64,000 bases of DNA from Microthyrium microscopicum (Eukaryota), in assembly GCA_010405405.1 (NCBI GenBank), contig MU004235.1, forward strand, positions 76,538 through 140,537. Reading direction: 5' to 3'. The stretch's first letter is position 1, and each line of letters opens with the position of its first letter. Position numbers and translations under genes: made by a program. Under the pieces are notes generated by a model, which saw nothing but the letters and a program-made list of their open reading frames with translations, made no database searches and was not told where the DNA came from. Shown in pieces: positions 24,804-37,724 of the stretch.

Positions 24804-25331
24804 TCATCCCCGATATTCCAGGTTCGCTCCCAAATCACCCACAACCTCCATCCCATACAAGTCTTGAAATACCGGGATTTCCACATGCCATCCCGGATCC
24901 TCACCCATCGTCTCATCATCCTCTTCCTCCTCCTTGAACCGATACGCCAACACGTAATTCTTCTTAATGCCCAAGCTCACTAAACTCGCCTCTGACGTCT
25001 TCGCTGCTCGCTCTCTACCTTTTCCTTTCTTTGACTTGGAAGCGGTCTCCTCGGGCTCATCATCGTAGTCGGTATCTTCGTGTATTAGTTGGAATCCTTG
25101 TTTGAAGTCGAAAAGGTCGACTGGAAGACCGATTTCGATCTTGGAGACGGATGTGGGGAGCTCGTCTTCTTCTTCTGCGTCGGGAGCGCGGGGTGATGTT
25201 TGGAGAGCGGTTAGAAGGGAATGCTTGAGTGAGGAGAGAGATTGGGCTGGGTCGGCGAAGAGGAGGACGGTACGTCTGTTGTTTTTGAGGCGGAGGGTCC
25301 ATTCTTTGGAGGTTGGAATTTTGCGGGCCAT
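24804..25331 (-). CDS. Hypothetical fungal protein (175 aa; possibly ubiquitin-like fold with acidic inserts)
   Basis: WTLRLKNNRRTVLLFADPAQSLSSLKHSLL..SLVSLGIKKNYVLAYRF beta-grasp-like pattern; coding-like composition. Confidence 0.75.
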   Translation of the reverse strand: MARKIPTSKEWTLRLKNNRRTVLLFADPAQSLSSLKHSLLTALQTSPRAPDAEEEDELPTSVSKIEIGLPVDLFDFKQGFQLIHEDTDYDDEPEETASKSKKGKGRERAAKTSEASLVSLGIKKNYVLAYRFKEEEEDDETMGEDPGWHVEIPVFQDLYGMEVVGDLGANLEYRG

Positions 25332-25447
25332 TGTGATTTTTGCGTCAGCAAGCGTGAAGGTTCTCAGAAGCGACCTTTCGAGAATATGGTCTTGCGAGAT
25401 GCGGTGGAGGAGTTTGAAAGTGCAATGTAGAGTCGCAGAATGTAGCT

Positions 25448-25475
25448 GTCGCGTCAGTAAAATAATTGACGCGAC
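25448..25475. promoter_or_regulatory. Perfect 9-bp inverted repeat with CGCG (MCB-like) cores
   Basis: GTCGCGTCA-gtaaaataat-TGACGCGAC in the divergent intergenic region, about 120 bp upstream of ATG 25331. Confidence 0.5.
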
Positions 25476-26053
25476 GAAGTTGGAGTTAGTGTAGGTCGGA
25501 TTTAAGATCTTGGAGATCTCGGGGATAAGATCTGTGTGATCATGAGTGGCCAATCAGAAGCTTACATGTGATGACGCTATGAAGTTGGCTAGCGTGTGGT
25601 CCCGGATGGCGGATGCTGGGATTAGGATCCGGATTTCCAGGAAGGAAGGAAGCTACGGCCTGGCCTGCAGCTCTCCAGGCGCAGCTTCCCAGGAGATAGA
25701 TCATCTCTATCTTCAGCCTGCGAACGACTCCTCTTCGACCCTCATCAACCGCCTTGCCTTTCAAAGATACAGTCACCGCAACAGTTTAACAATATACAAC
25801 CTCCAGTGAACATCAACTGTTTACTGCCTCTATTCAAAATCATCCTCTGCGCGCCCCACATAGCCTTGCCAGCTTGCCAGCCTTCTTGTCTTAGATATGC
25901 AATAGCAAGCTTGTCACACTTTGTCCCACCATCTACCTCCGCGCTCTCCGCATCTATCTCCTTTACCGCTTTCTACATTAGGCGTGTGCCGGTCTATATA
26001 TCTCGACCAGCTGAAGTGCTAGAACCACTGTACATATCAAACTGTCGCCCTCC

Positions 26054-27553
26054 ATGGATGCTCAAGGCTTACGCAAGCGACCACTGGATACTTCCGCTCC
26101 AGCCAAGCCCATACCGAATGCTGCGATCACAGACGACCAACCCGAAAAACATGGGAGCTCTATGCAAGCGACTCGTCTAGCGTCTCTAGTCTTTTACTTC
26201 TTTGTATCCGGAATATGGTAAGTCTTGTCCTTCTGCCGGCCTTGCGCGTGAGCTGTTGCGCTGATTCTTCCTCTTTCTCTAGCCTACATTTCCAACAATT
26301 TCTCGGCGTCCCACTATATTGGTATAATCAAGATTGGTACTACGCCTGGCAAGCTTTTACCAAGCGTCAGTTTGGCATCGTTCTCATCACGCTTCAAGAA
26401 TGGTGGAGCCCCATGAAAGTCCGCGTATCCGGCGATAAGAGTATACAAGGCCAGATCCGATTACAGCCCAATGGAAGGTTACGCCTAGACTTTCCCGAGC
26501 GAATTATAATCGTTTCTAATCACCAGGTCAGTGTTCATGGGAAAGACGGGATTATCTCAGCTAACATTCGTAATAGCTCTACATTGATTGGCTGTTCATG
26601 TGGTGGGCAGCATTTACGGCAAAGATGCATGGCCATATCTTCATCATCCTCAAGGACTCCTTGCGATTTATTCCTATGCTAGGCCCCGGGATGATGTTCT
26701 TCAGCTTTCTCTTCCTATCTCGCCATTGGGAGACTGACAAGCCTCGATTTCAGCATCGTCTGCGGAAGCTGAAGCAAGCTCATCGAGGTCCACTTTCTGG
26801 TTCCGGTGACCTGGATCCTATGTGGCTACTCATTTTTCCAGAGGGCACAACACTTTCGACTACAGGACGCGAATCGAGTAGGAAATGGGCAGAAAAGACG
26901 GGCATCAAAGATACGACAAACGTCCTATTACCACGGAGTCGAGGCCTACAATACTGTATCCAGGAACTCGAAGGTACCATCGACTACATCTACGATTGTA
27001 CCGTTGCTTATAATGGCCTTCCGTAAGTCCACTCCCAACTATTTCTACTCAAGTGCTAACATTTCTCTTTAGTAAGGGTAAATACGGCCAAGATTACTTC
27101 ACTCTCCGCGGTACATATCTAGAAGGTCGCGGTCCACCATACTGCAATATGCACTGGCGACGCTTTGCCGTCTCTTCGATACCTGTTCACGATGAGAAGG
27201 CCTTCGACAACTGGCTCCATGAGCGCTGGGTCGAGAAGGACACCCTTCTTGAGCATTTCACCGAACACGGCCAATTCCCATGTGACGAAGCTGCGATAGT
27301 TGTTGAAGAGGCTGAAGAAAAGGAGACTGCGCACTCTACGGGTGTCAATGGCAATGGTGTAGCGCCATCTGCAATCAAACGAGAGCCAACTGATCCAGTT
27401 TGCAGCTCAGTCAGCCCGAACCATCCTTTGGAGTTTGTTCAAGTATTCTCCAGTGCTCTGGCGGTCCCCTTGGCTTGGAAGCTTGGGAAGTTCGTGTGGC
27501 TGGTTGTAAGAATAGCTCTGCTCATTGCGAGTTTTGGGCAGCTCAAATTCTGA
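26054..27553 (+). CDS. Phospholipid acyltransferase (PlsC family; lysocardiolipin/lysoPI acyltransferase-like)
   Basis: Spliced NHQLYIDW (NHxxxxD), LKDSLRFIP, LLIFPEGT, LLPRSRG, WLHERWVEKDTLL; three introns. Confidence 0.9.
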
Positions 27554-27807
27554 TAGTCCACTGGTGATTGAGATGACACGAGAAATGACGCCATTTTTTC
27601 CTTTATGATTATATGTCTATACCCTTGTAGGTAGATTGGAGTTTTCGGATACGGTCTTTTTGTCTAGAAGCGGGCGCTTTATACTCACTTAGATTGTTAT
27701 GGCATTTGTAGCGTTTTTCGTCGCTGACTTGGCTTCAGAAAGCTTGATGCGCTTACTTTAATGTATTGCTGTCCTCAATTCTTTGTCTTTTCTGATAAAC
27801 TGGCGGC

Positions 27808-29122
27808 TTCACTTGGCCTCTGTTGCAAAGTTGAAGCTCATAATACCCATCTCCTCCGCCATGCCACCACCAGTATGTTTCCGTCTACATTGGTCAGCCC
27901 ACTTGAAATTCCCGCAGATTGGGTGTTTACTTACGCAGGATGTTTCTCAAGATCATAATGCGCCGAAAGCGTAATAACATCTCCCTTACTAACCTTAACC
28001 GGCTCATGACATTCGACAGTCGCACTAACCGTCTCCCAAACCCCATCCTCCGTCTTCAAACTCCCCTTCTCACCACCATAGATCGCCCGACTATCACAAA
28101 TCGTCTTCCCATTAACCTTGAAATCAATATTCACGCCCCCATCATGTAAATGGCCCCTGCGACTCAATATATATCCATCGTTCAACACAGTTATATTCTG
28201 ACTCTGAAACGAGAACGCCTTCTTCCCCTCCGGCGCATGGAGACGGATATCTTTCGTCTCGCATTGGTTTACACTTAGGACTTGGACTTGCACGTCCAAA
28301 GAACCAGGCGGTCGACCGGGTATGAATTCTACATCGGATACGGCGTATATGACCTTCGTGTCATTGCTGTAGTTCACGACTTCGCCGGACATGATCACCT
28401 TATCTGCCTTGCCGATATAAAAGCCGCTATTGAACGTCCCATCGGGCGTAGAATATGCATTCGAGCCAATCTCTTCGCTCGCACCCATCATCACAGCCGG
28501 AGCCCCAAGCGACGGCATCGAGCTGGGGACCGCGCCTGGGGATACTGCGCTGGACGAAGGACAACTGGCGAATAGGGGCGTGAATTTGTTGGTATCGATG
28601 AATGCGACGTGGTGGTTATACACACCGCTTGCTTGGTCTGCGATTTTGCCGTTTTCGTATTCGAGGGTGTTTTTGGCGAATAGGAGGGTGGAATCTAGGG
28701 GGATGCCGCCTGCGATGCCGTTCCAGGATTCGCTGTTTGGGTCCATGCCTGACACGTTGGGGGCTTTCTTTGCCTGCATCAAAGATTTAGTCTGAAGCTT
28801 TCAATTCGGTTTGGGTTCATACGTTTGCTGGTTGGAGGGTATATGGGCCGTAGAAGATTCGTTTGCGCTGCACGTTTTTGAGGGGAGATTTTGGTGGTGC
28901 GGTTTCGATTTTGAAGGGTTTGATTTCTGATAGGAAGGCGGTGAGCGGTGATGGTGCGGGAGCGTTGTGGTCATGTTGTCGTGCTTCTGGATTTTGTTAT
29001 TAGTACTTTGGTAAGCTCGAGGTTTGAGGGAAGTGATTACGAAGGCGATTGTTACTCCTGTGTTGAGTAGATGGAGCTGCGCTGGCCAAAAATGGCAGTG
29101 CTGCCAACAAGTAGAACTGCAT
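27808..29122 (-). CDS. Secreted protein with type II copper monooxygenase-like motifs (4 exons)
   Basis: Signal MQFYLLAALPFLASA; spliced RKRIFYGPYTLQP; YNHHVAF, GHLHDGG, CDSRAIY; last exon RKHTGGGMAEEMGIMSFNF. Confidence 0.8.
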
Positions 29123-29802
29123 ATCAACAGATTTGAAGGAGAAGTGAAGTAATTGAAGTGCGATAGCTCAAGGTATCATAGCAAACAATTGATTGATGCT
29201 CTGCACTTATGGATCTTGATAGCCTATATGCAAGGTACAGAAATGTAATCAACGTTAGTAAAAATTGCCTTGTATAAAACTACGCCAATAACTATTCAAT
29301 GTTCTGATTTCCATGGAACGTAACGATGTATCTCCAGCCAACGTCTATACAAGAATGTTAGGCTCTACTACGATTATTGGATGGGCGGAGAAGCCTGTAT
29401 AGTATTGAAAGTTGACCATAAAAGAAGCCCTGGTAAGTTGACAGATTTACGAGCTCATCACTGGAACGAAACTCGGGGCTTGTCAATAAAATTCATAGAT
29501 TAATAACGATACAGGGTCCATTCTATTCGAAATTTGTCACAAGTTAGTTATAGGGAAGACACCGCTTGGTTCCTTTTACAATTCTTCGCATCTAAGCTTT
29601 TCATCGAATTTCATCCACTTGTTATTACTATATGTCCACATGATGAAGTATAAACGAATGCGCACTAGCCTGATATTTTCTTGCTACCATTCCCTTGTTG
29701 ATACATGATCATGGTCCTTAGAATCATTCCTTATACCACAACTCATGAGTTCTCGCAGCCCGAAGCTCACCAAACAAAGGTCCACAGTTTCAACCATTGA
29801 TG

Positions 29803-30748
29803 TCAATTACCATGTAGCCCATTCTGGCTGTGTCCAGAATGAGTATTATTCCGGCCATCTTTCCCCTCAATGGCCATACCTTCCTCGGTATCAGGGTGCT
29901 TTTTCTTCGAGTACCAAAACATCAAGACTCCAGTGACAACCAAAGCCATAAGAAACAAAGCACTAAGAATGTCAGGATCAGCTAAGTGGAGAATGAGATA
30001 AACTTACGCCATAGTCCAGTCCAATCCATGTCGAATAGCCGCCTGTATGACTTTCTTGAACACTGAACTCGATCCATTCTTCACAATAGACTGTCCAGCA
30101 CGACTAGCACTCGAGCCAATTGACGCCCGTTTCTCCAATAGAACATCCGAAAGCAACCCCTGACGCGTATTGGACGTGTTGGTTGAATTGGTCGTCTTCG
30201 GGATCCCGCATACACACCCTGGTTGAAAAAATGCTAGGCTGAACTGATACCAAGTAGCATTAAAATCGCTATGATGTTGCAAGCCGTAATTTGTACAGTC
30301 GCCGCATGCTGCATTGCAGTCATACGTTCCGATGAGGCTTCCGGAAGCTATCCATAAGGCTAGAAAGATGATATCTGTCACGAGGGCGAGCCAGAAGCTA
30401 TATGGTATGGCACGAAGCTTGATGGTGGCTGTGGCGAAGATGAAGTATATAGAGAGCGCGACGGTGACTGCAGCCTGAAAGAGGTCAATATCATGCTGCT
30501 AATTCGGCGGGTATAAGCAGCAAATAACATACCACTGCTAGATTGAATGTAACGCGGCCAGGTACAGAACATTGATGATTGTCGAAGATCTTGTAGATGT
30601 TGGCACAGACAACTAGTGCTGCTATACTGAATGCGAATTCAGCCCAGCGAATAAAGTTCATGAGGAAGTTGAAGCGGAGTGAGTCTTTGCGAGCCTCTTT
30701 GGGCTGCATCTGATCCCGGACTGGGTCGCTTTTCTGGGTACTGAACAT
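29803..30748 (-). CDS. Four-TM membrane protein, MARVEL-like
   Basis: IRWAEFAFSIAALVV; TM2/TM3 with DIIFLALWIASG; Cys-rich loop; TM4 ALFLMALVVTGVLMFW; two GT-AG introns. Confidence 0.7.
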
Positions 30749-31644
30749 AATGAAGTGAATTGCAGGGTGGCCTAGATGTAGAGAAAGATATATTACCAAC
30801 GTTGGTGTTAGATCTGGATGGCGGAGGTTCGAATGCTTTTAAGTACAACGGAATGAAATGGAGTCTTGAACTTTCGAACGGCACCGATTTATAAATTTAC
30901 CAAAAGTCGTGGATCAACAGCCTCATGCAGCCACATCTGCAAACACATCCTGATTTTGAGTTCCGAGACCATGATGGTGGCAATGGTATAGTCCAATGAA
31001 GCTGTCAACAATGCTAAATGTGGCTGTCAATTTCCTGATTTATGCACTGCACTGATATGCTTTTACGAACAGTGAACGTGATTGATGGAGAAAGGCACAT
31101 TTAGATCTTGACAAGAAAGTTGGCAGAAGGAGGCTCGCAAGAAGGACCTCCAATTCGGAATATCAGACTGGTTCTTTGATGCGAGTCTAGCCCCAAACAG
31201 GCCTAGCGCAGCCTGATCGCTTTTACACTGATGTATGATTGGCTAGAACTAACTTGCTGGCGTTGAGCCTTGATGCGAAAGCGTTGATCAAACTTACGTT
31301 TGCACTCACTCACTGACGTGAGGACAAGACATACTTCAAATCTTGACTTATTGTGATGTAAGAGAGTTGAAGTAGCGCTCTCGTTGGTATTTCCCTCGAA
31401 GGATAGAGTTTATCAATCGATTAACTGCGTGAATTGTGGCTGTGCTTCAAATACTCAGGCTGCAACCACAGTATTTTATTAGTGGTATTCAAATTGCATT
31501 GCATACTACGGCGCTTTAACTTACGTGGAACACATCAAAAGAACATATCCCCTATTAAGGATTGTAGCTTGAATCGCTATCCTAACAGAAGATTTGACAA
31601 CGGACCTGGTAGATGATATCGCACTTGATAAATGATATCGTACT

Positions 31645-31761
31645 TGAAAACTATCAGCCCCTTTTCAAAGCGCCAGATGTACATGAAAACTATCAGCCCC
31701 TTTTCAAAGCGCCAGATGTACATGAAAACTATCAGCCCCTTTTCAAAGCGCCAGATGTACA
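31645..31761. repeat. Perfect 39-bp tandem repeat, 3 copies
   Basis: TGAAAACTATCAGCCCCTTTTCAAAGCGCCAGATGTACA starting at 31645, 31684 and 31723. Confidence 0.97.
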
Positions 31762-31877
31762 ATATGGGTATTGAACAAAGTAAAAACGAATTCACCCGAG
31801 AGTCCTAAATGCATCGGTCTTGACCGGACCACGCCAATTATTATACCCAACAAGCCAAGCAACCAAGTAGAGGTCAC

Positions 31878-33884
31878 TCATTCCCCTGCAGCGTAAGAAC
31901 TGCATTTTCTCAGCCTAGGACCATAGAAATAGAGCAATATTGGAGCGGGAATTCCAAGGCCAACTGCTATACTTCCAAGCACGGCACAACCCAAGTCGTA
32001 ATGGAGCCTTTGGAAAAGGTAAGGAGCGAATAGAGGAAATACGAAAGCGGCCAAAGATCGGAGAAATGCAGAGGCAGCGGAGGCTGAGGCTGCATAACGA
32101 GTATACGTGTCGACCATGTACATCTGTATACAAAGATAAGACACCATGCTATGACATGGTAAGTGGACTTCAATTCCAGCTGGCTCAAAATCACATACCT
32201 GCCTCCACCGAAGAGAGCGATGCCAATCTATTGAAAATTCATTAGCAATATTCGATGTATAATTCGGGAAGGCATTAGCAGAACTCACATCTGGCACAAT
32301 CCAATGGAGTTTAGCTTGAGCAGAGAACCCGAAGATGAAGATTCCTGCTGCACTTATGCCCGTCGCAGGAACCATAAGCGGTATTCGGAATTCTGGAAGG
32401 CCTTTACCATCGCCGAAGCCGTATCGTTTCCTCAGACGGCGATGAATAGCCTGAAGATGTTAGCAAATCTAGTAACGCGACAAGTATAGACAAATCTTGT
32501 AAGACAAAGTTCGTTCTTCCCATCAATGCCTTGAAGGCTTTTGAAAAGAACCATTCACCTACATCCGTAAGTGGACCGCAACACTGAGCTCCAATAAGTG
32601 AGCCCACAAGAGCAAGATAGTTTAGACTCGCCATGCTTTTGCTCATTCCGTACGTTTCTTCCCATAGCTTCGGAAGACTGGATATTATCAGGTAAAGCAT
32701 CTTGAAAAGGTTAACGATGATCTTTAGAAGAGAAATATGGAGAGAGCCTACGCCAAAATTGAATGCTTGGTACAGAGCCATGACTTGAATAATTGGTTGA
32801 GTAGCTAATAGTCTCCATGGCCGGGTGAGAGAAATTCCGAGTAGTTGGCGGAGGGTACAATCCTCCAATTCGGTGCGGAAGTAGGGATTTCCAAGCTTCT
32901 GACGTAAACGTTGGGCTTTCAGTTGCAATATCCTGGGAGCGTATGTTTCCGGCAGAGCGGCAAACGCGATGAGCTGAATCACAATAGAGAAGATGCTGAT
33001 TGACCAAAAGATCCACCTCCAAGTGGTATATTGCGCAATGAACCCACCAACTTGTAATGTTAGCACACTTCGAAGATTGAATAGAAGGACTTGCCAATTG
33101 GAGCAAGAGCAGGGCCCATTACAGGTGCCAATTGATATATGCTCATCGCCTGGCCTCGATTCTCTGCGCCCCAGCAGTCTGAAAGCACGGCACTTCCTAT
33201 CTAACACAAAATCAGTCTCTTCGTTGACAGTGGCGATTCTAACTTCCAAGCATACTCCTACTGTAGCAGAGCCACCAAGGCCTGCAAGAAACCGAAAAGC
33301 AATAAGCTCCGTCTCTGTTCTGGCAAACCCACAAGCAGTATTGAAGAGCAAGAAAGCAAGATTCCCATACTGCACTATATGCTTTCTTCCCCAGATTTCT
33401 GCACATGGCGAGGATACAAAAGGGCCGAAACAATATGCGAGGACAAATATGGAGAGTACGAGATTCGTATGCATGGCGCTGTTGATTTGTAACTCTTCAC
33501 TAATATTTGAGAGTGCCGGCGCGGCCATGGAAGAACTGAGAGGCGCTACGAGAGCGAAGAGGGATATCATAATGGTAATCTATCAGTTGTCAGTCATCGT
33601 CGAAGCCTGCTCTGTATTCATATACTTGCCGTCCATTTCCATGCTCGGGTCCAATTTTTGGGATTCTCTGGATCGTCTAGTGAGTCCCAAGTCATCTGCA
33701 TGGTACGGTCAGAGGTCTTCTTGCTTTGATGAACATAACTTACATATTCTAGATCCAAATTTCTCTCTGAAGATATATCCGAAGCACATGAGGCGAGCTC
33801 TTTCAGGTCGACTTCAACTTCTAAGTGATTACTGGAACTGTATCTGTGATTCTCGCCACAAGAATCGTTGACAGACTGGTTCAT
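31878..33884 (-). CDS. MFS drug:H+ antiporter (DHA1-like), multi-exon
   Basis: WDSLDDPENPKNW, SSSMAAPAL, AEIWGRK, FRFLAGLGGS, WRWIFW, LPETYAP, PEFRIP, YMVDTYTRYAASA, FPLFAPYLF. Confidence 0.92.
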
Positions 33885-35667
33885 GATGCGGGTAGGAAGG
33901 ATAAACGAAGGTTTAAGTTGTAAATAGAACACATATCAACAAAAAAATAAAAAATAGAACAAGGAATGTGATGAATTTCAGAATTATGAACTTCTAGTAG
34001 AAGAGCAGCTCCGTCAAATATGTCAGAAATAACGTTGGTAGATTGCGTCGAAAACTTCAAATATCATCTTGCTCCACCTTGTGTGTGAAGAAAAGAAGCT
34101 CTGAATCAATTCTCCTTTCTGACGCCACCAGAACGTGGGTCGCTGAGACATGATGCCATTTTTCGTAGCCACAGAACAGACCATTACACGAGGTGAGTCT
34201 TTCCTACAGTCTGGTCTGAGCATTTCGGTGTGTCGAAGCTCATTTCATGAACATCAATCGGTGGACAAAATGACTGGCGTGCTCCCATGTAGTTCGATGG
34301 CTCCCACATGCCAAGCTTTGCGATCGAAGAGTTTGTCTCCCAAAAAGGCGTTCATACTGGCAGTGTATTGAACGTGATGGGAAGTAAAGCATCTTTTGTT
34401 TAGTAGCATTCATAGGAACCACTGAAGTGGAAGAGGGCACCCCAGTTATTTTGTCGATCAGTTGATCATTTAGTGATGGATGTAGTATCTGAGATTCTGA
34501 AGAACTGAGTACCTTCTTTTTCAGACTTGAGCTGTAGACTAAGCTTCCTCCCCGTTCTTGTAGTTATGAAGACCTGCAAAGAAGGTTCAAATAGTCACAG
34601 TCGTAGTCATCTCGAGGCAAATCCTAGAAAATGTACTTAGTGACAGAAAAGACATGTGTGTGAGTTGCGAATGTGCGGCTGTGGCTGAATACAGGGTCCT
34701 GGAGTCGGAGAGTCCGGCTTCTTGCTGTCAATGATTGGGTTCCCCTTTTTGGAAATGGGGAATGCTCGCCAAATTGGTAATTCGGCACGCGAGCTGGAGG
34801 TTCTGTGGCGCCTAACTGTAGCTGAATAAGGTCTGTGTGAACAATGCACAAACCACAAGTTGAACCACTCGCTTTTCCTAGGACCGCGGATGTCTTCCGA
34901 AGACAGCTCTTGTGGATCAAAAATTGGGTTTTATCCGTTATGGGCTGTAGGGCTGAAAGTGTACGATCTAGGCTTATTTTCGCTTGAGATCATTCTGTCC
35001 GACCATTCATCGTTGGCTAACTAGTGCTTGTACTGACTCTTTTCGAGTGAATATCTTACCAATGCACGCATACAAAATGACCAAAAACGGTTTTCTTTCC
35101 TCAGCGCATAGTTTGTCGCTTAATTTAAAATTATTGACCAAACATATGAAAATCCGCTGGCAGAACTCTCTACACATCATGTCACCCATTGTCTAGAAGG
35201 AAGAGCTAATTTAAAAGTATTCAACCTCGACTTGAGCCCGCTGCGATCAAAGTCAACAGAATTATGCACGGCGACTTCTTGTTCTTGGAGGATTCTGTAT
35301 TTCGTACCTCCCAATGTAATAGCCATGCTGCCTATACATAATTGCTCCATGTAGAGCATTTCACCATGTGTAACCGTATGTATCGTAGACAAGCGTCAGT
35401 TGGAAAGTCACTCGTGAATCTTTGACAGCCTTATGGCACTCTTGGCGCTCAGCCTGATGCAAATCCCTCGGCTAAACGCGGAAAGCGGATAGCATCCAAA
35501 GGGACAAAGGAGTCACCCCATTCCAATCGTGCTCTTCTTCCATGATAGCTACTACACAACATAGATTAGAGATTGTCAAGGTAATTGATCACCAAGAAAA
35601 TCTTCCTGTTCAGTAGGTGGTCGTGGTAAGAACAACCTTCTTGAGGGTGAGAGAACACACAAACATT

Positions 35668-37724
35668 ATGTCGCTTCCGCCTTTCGACTACTTCGAGCAT
35701 CGACGAAACTGGTATGCAACTACAAACCTGCTGTTCTTATTTTTCTTACACCGTGCAGTCAAGCGAAGCAAAATGAACGGGCAAGTAGAATTGCAAATTT
35801 GCCCAGTGTTTATACTGCTCCAGTGACGCAGGCGGATCAGGAGATCTTCAGATCTTCAATCAGAGATTTAGTCGCTGGTATACAGAATGGGGAGATTGAT
35901 GCTTCAAATGTGATCCAGGCATATGGCAAGATGGCTGTCAAAGCCCAAGAGGACACCAACTGTATTACTGAAGTCATGTTTGATCAAGCTGAAGCTGCAG
36001 TAAGGGATGGGCAAGTCAACATGAAGGGTCCGTTGGCTGGTCTTCCTGTCAGCTTGAAGGATTCTGCTCAAGTTGGTGGAATGGACAATACCATCGGATA
36101 TTCCAAGTACGCATTTCAGGCTGCTGCTGAAGATGGCGTGCTGGTCCAGCTATTGAAGCAAGCAGGTGGGTCACAGTATTTTCGGTTTTAGTACACTATC
36201 TTGTGGATTGACCTTCATCCAGGGGCAATTCCAATTGTCAAAACCAACTTGCCAACAACACTTCTATCATTCGAGTCAAGCAATGATGTAAGCTCGTGGA
36301 TTTGACCACCTTAGCTGGCTACTATGTTGATCTGTTTATCTAACTGGAGATTAGGTCTGGGGTAGATCCAAGAATCCGCATAACCAGAAATATTCTCCCG
36401 GTGGATCAACAGGTGGAGAAGCTGCATTACTGGCTTATGGGGGTAGCAGAATTGGTATTGGGACAGATGTGGCAGGATCCGTTCGACTCCCAGCTCATTG
36501 GTCAGGGTGCTATGCTCTTCGATGCTCCACAGGAAGATGGCCGAAGGGTGGCTTGAGGACAAGCATGGCAGGACAAGAAGGAATTCCGAGCATTTGTAGC
36601 CCCATGGCACGCGACATGGACGACCTGCGTTACTTTACTCGCGAGTTTATCAAAACGAAGCCATGGCGTTTGGATCATTCGGTACATCCTTTGGAATGGC
36701 GAAGCAACATTGAAATCGAATGGGATGAAAAGAAAGTTTTGAAAATAGGAGTCATGCGAGACGATGGTGAAATCGAAATTCGGTTCTCTACATGACAGTA
36801 CTAACAATCCATAGGTGTCGTAACTCCAAGTCCAGCCTGCAGTCGTGCTCTAGAGATGGTAGTATCCGCATTGAAAGAGAGCGGCCATGAGATCAAAGCA
36901 GCAAAGCCACCATCTCCGTATGAAGCATTTCAAATCGCTTCGCACGTTCTCAATGCCGATGGCTGTGCTACTTTTCTCTCTCATTTTCGATCATTCGAAT
37001 CGAGCGACCCAGGTGCTCATCAACTCTCATTTTATATGAAGTTACCCCGATTCGTCAAGTACTTCCACTATCTTTGGGTCAAGTACATCAAGCGAGATCC
37101 CATATGGGCAGGCCTGCTCAAAGACTGGAGTCCGAAAACAGCAGAAGACAATTGGCAGCTAGTCAACAAACGCGAGGCCTACAAAGCCAAATTTCACCAA
37201 TGGTGGAATGAAGAGGACATTGACGTCCTGTTGACTGTACCAAATGCCACTCCTGCATTACCACACAAAGCTATGCATGATGCTGTTAGTAGTTGCGGTT
37301 ATACATTTCTCTTCAACCTGGTAAGATGGCTATTTCATACACTGATCTTATGCTAATGCTTCCAGCTGGACTATTCCGCTGGTGTAATGCCTGTAACGAA
37401 GGTTGATGCAGATCTAGACAAATTACCATCTAATTTCAGCCTCAAAAAGCTCAATGGAGTTGCTCAAGGTGCATACAAGCACTATGATTCTTTCAAGATG
37501 TCAGGTCTTCCGGTTGGAGTTCAGGTTGTAGGTCGTCGTTTGGAGGAAGAAAAGGTCCTTTCGGTACGTTCAACGATCTCAATAATCATATGCCATCACA
37601 GTATTGGTTGATAGGGCTGCCTCACTAGTATTCGCGGTTCATTACTAACAACTTGCAGATAATGTCAAGGATCAAGCTCGCACTGGAAGCGAATGGAATC
37701 GTGTACCCATTATTGAATGCTTAG
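35668..37724 (+). CDS. Amidase-signature family enzyme (acetamidase/FAAH-like)
   Basis: GLPVSLKD (Lys), SPGGSTGGEAA, GIGTDVAGSVRLPA (Ser-cisSer-Lys triad), YTFLFNL, GLPVGVQVVGRRLEEEK; multiple introns. Confidence 0.93.

Noticed and set aside
9271..27553. Cardiolipin pathway cluster (CRD1 + acyltransferase)
   Set aside because: About 15 kb apart with unrelated genes between; acyltransferase specificity unknown.
23462..29122. PHM-like enzyme amidating the Diedel-like products
   Set aside because: Amidation needs Gly before the dibasic site; the sites are SKR, QKR and VRR.
31645..31761. CRISPR-like array
   Set aside because: Repeats are contiguous with no spacers, there are no cas genes, and the DNA is eukaryotic.
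32993..33871. Long antisense ORFs (also 41600-42574, 14292-14816, 55392-55889)
   Set aside because: Shadows of real genes on the opposite strand, with no independent protein features.
3687..33884. Fungal RiPP (dikaritin/KEP) cluster from tyrosinase + Kex2-repeat protein + MFS
   Set aside because: No DUF3328/UstYa gene seen; the genes are far apart and interleaved with housekeeping genes; the repeats are folded domains, not short cores.
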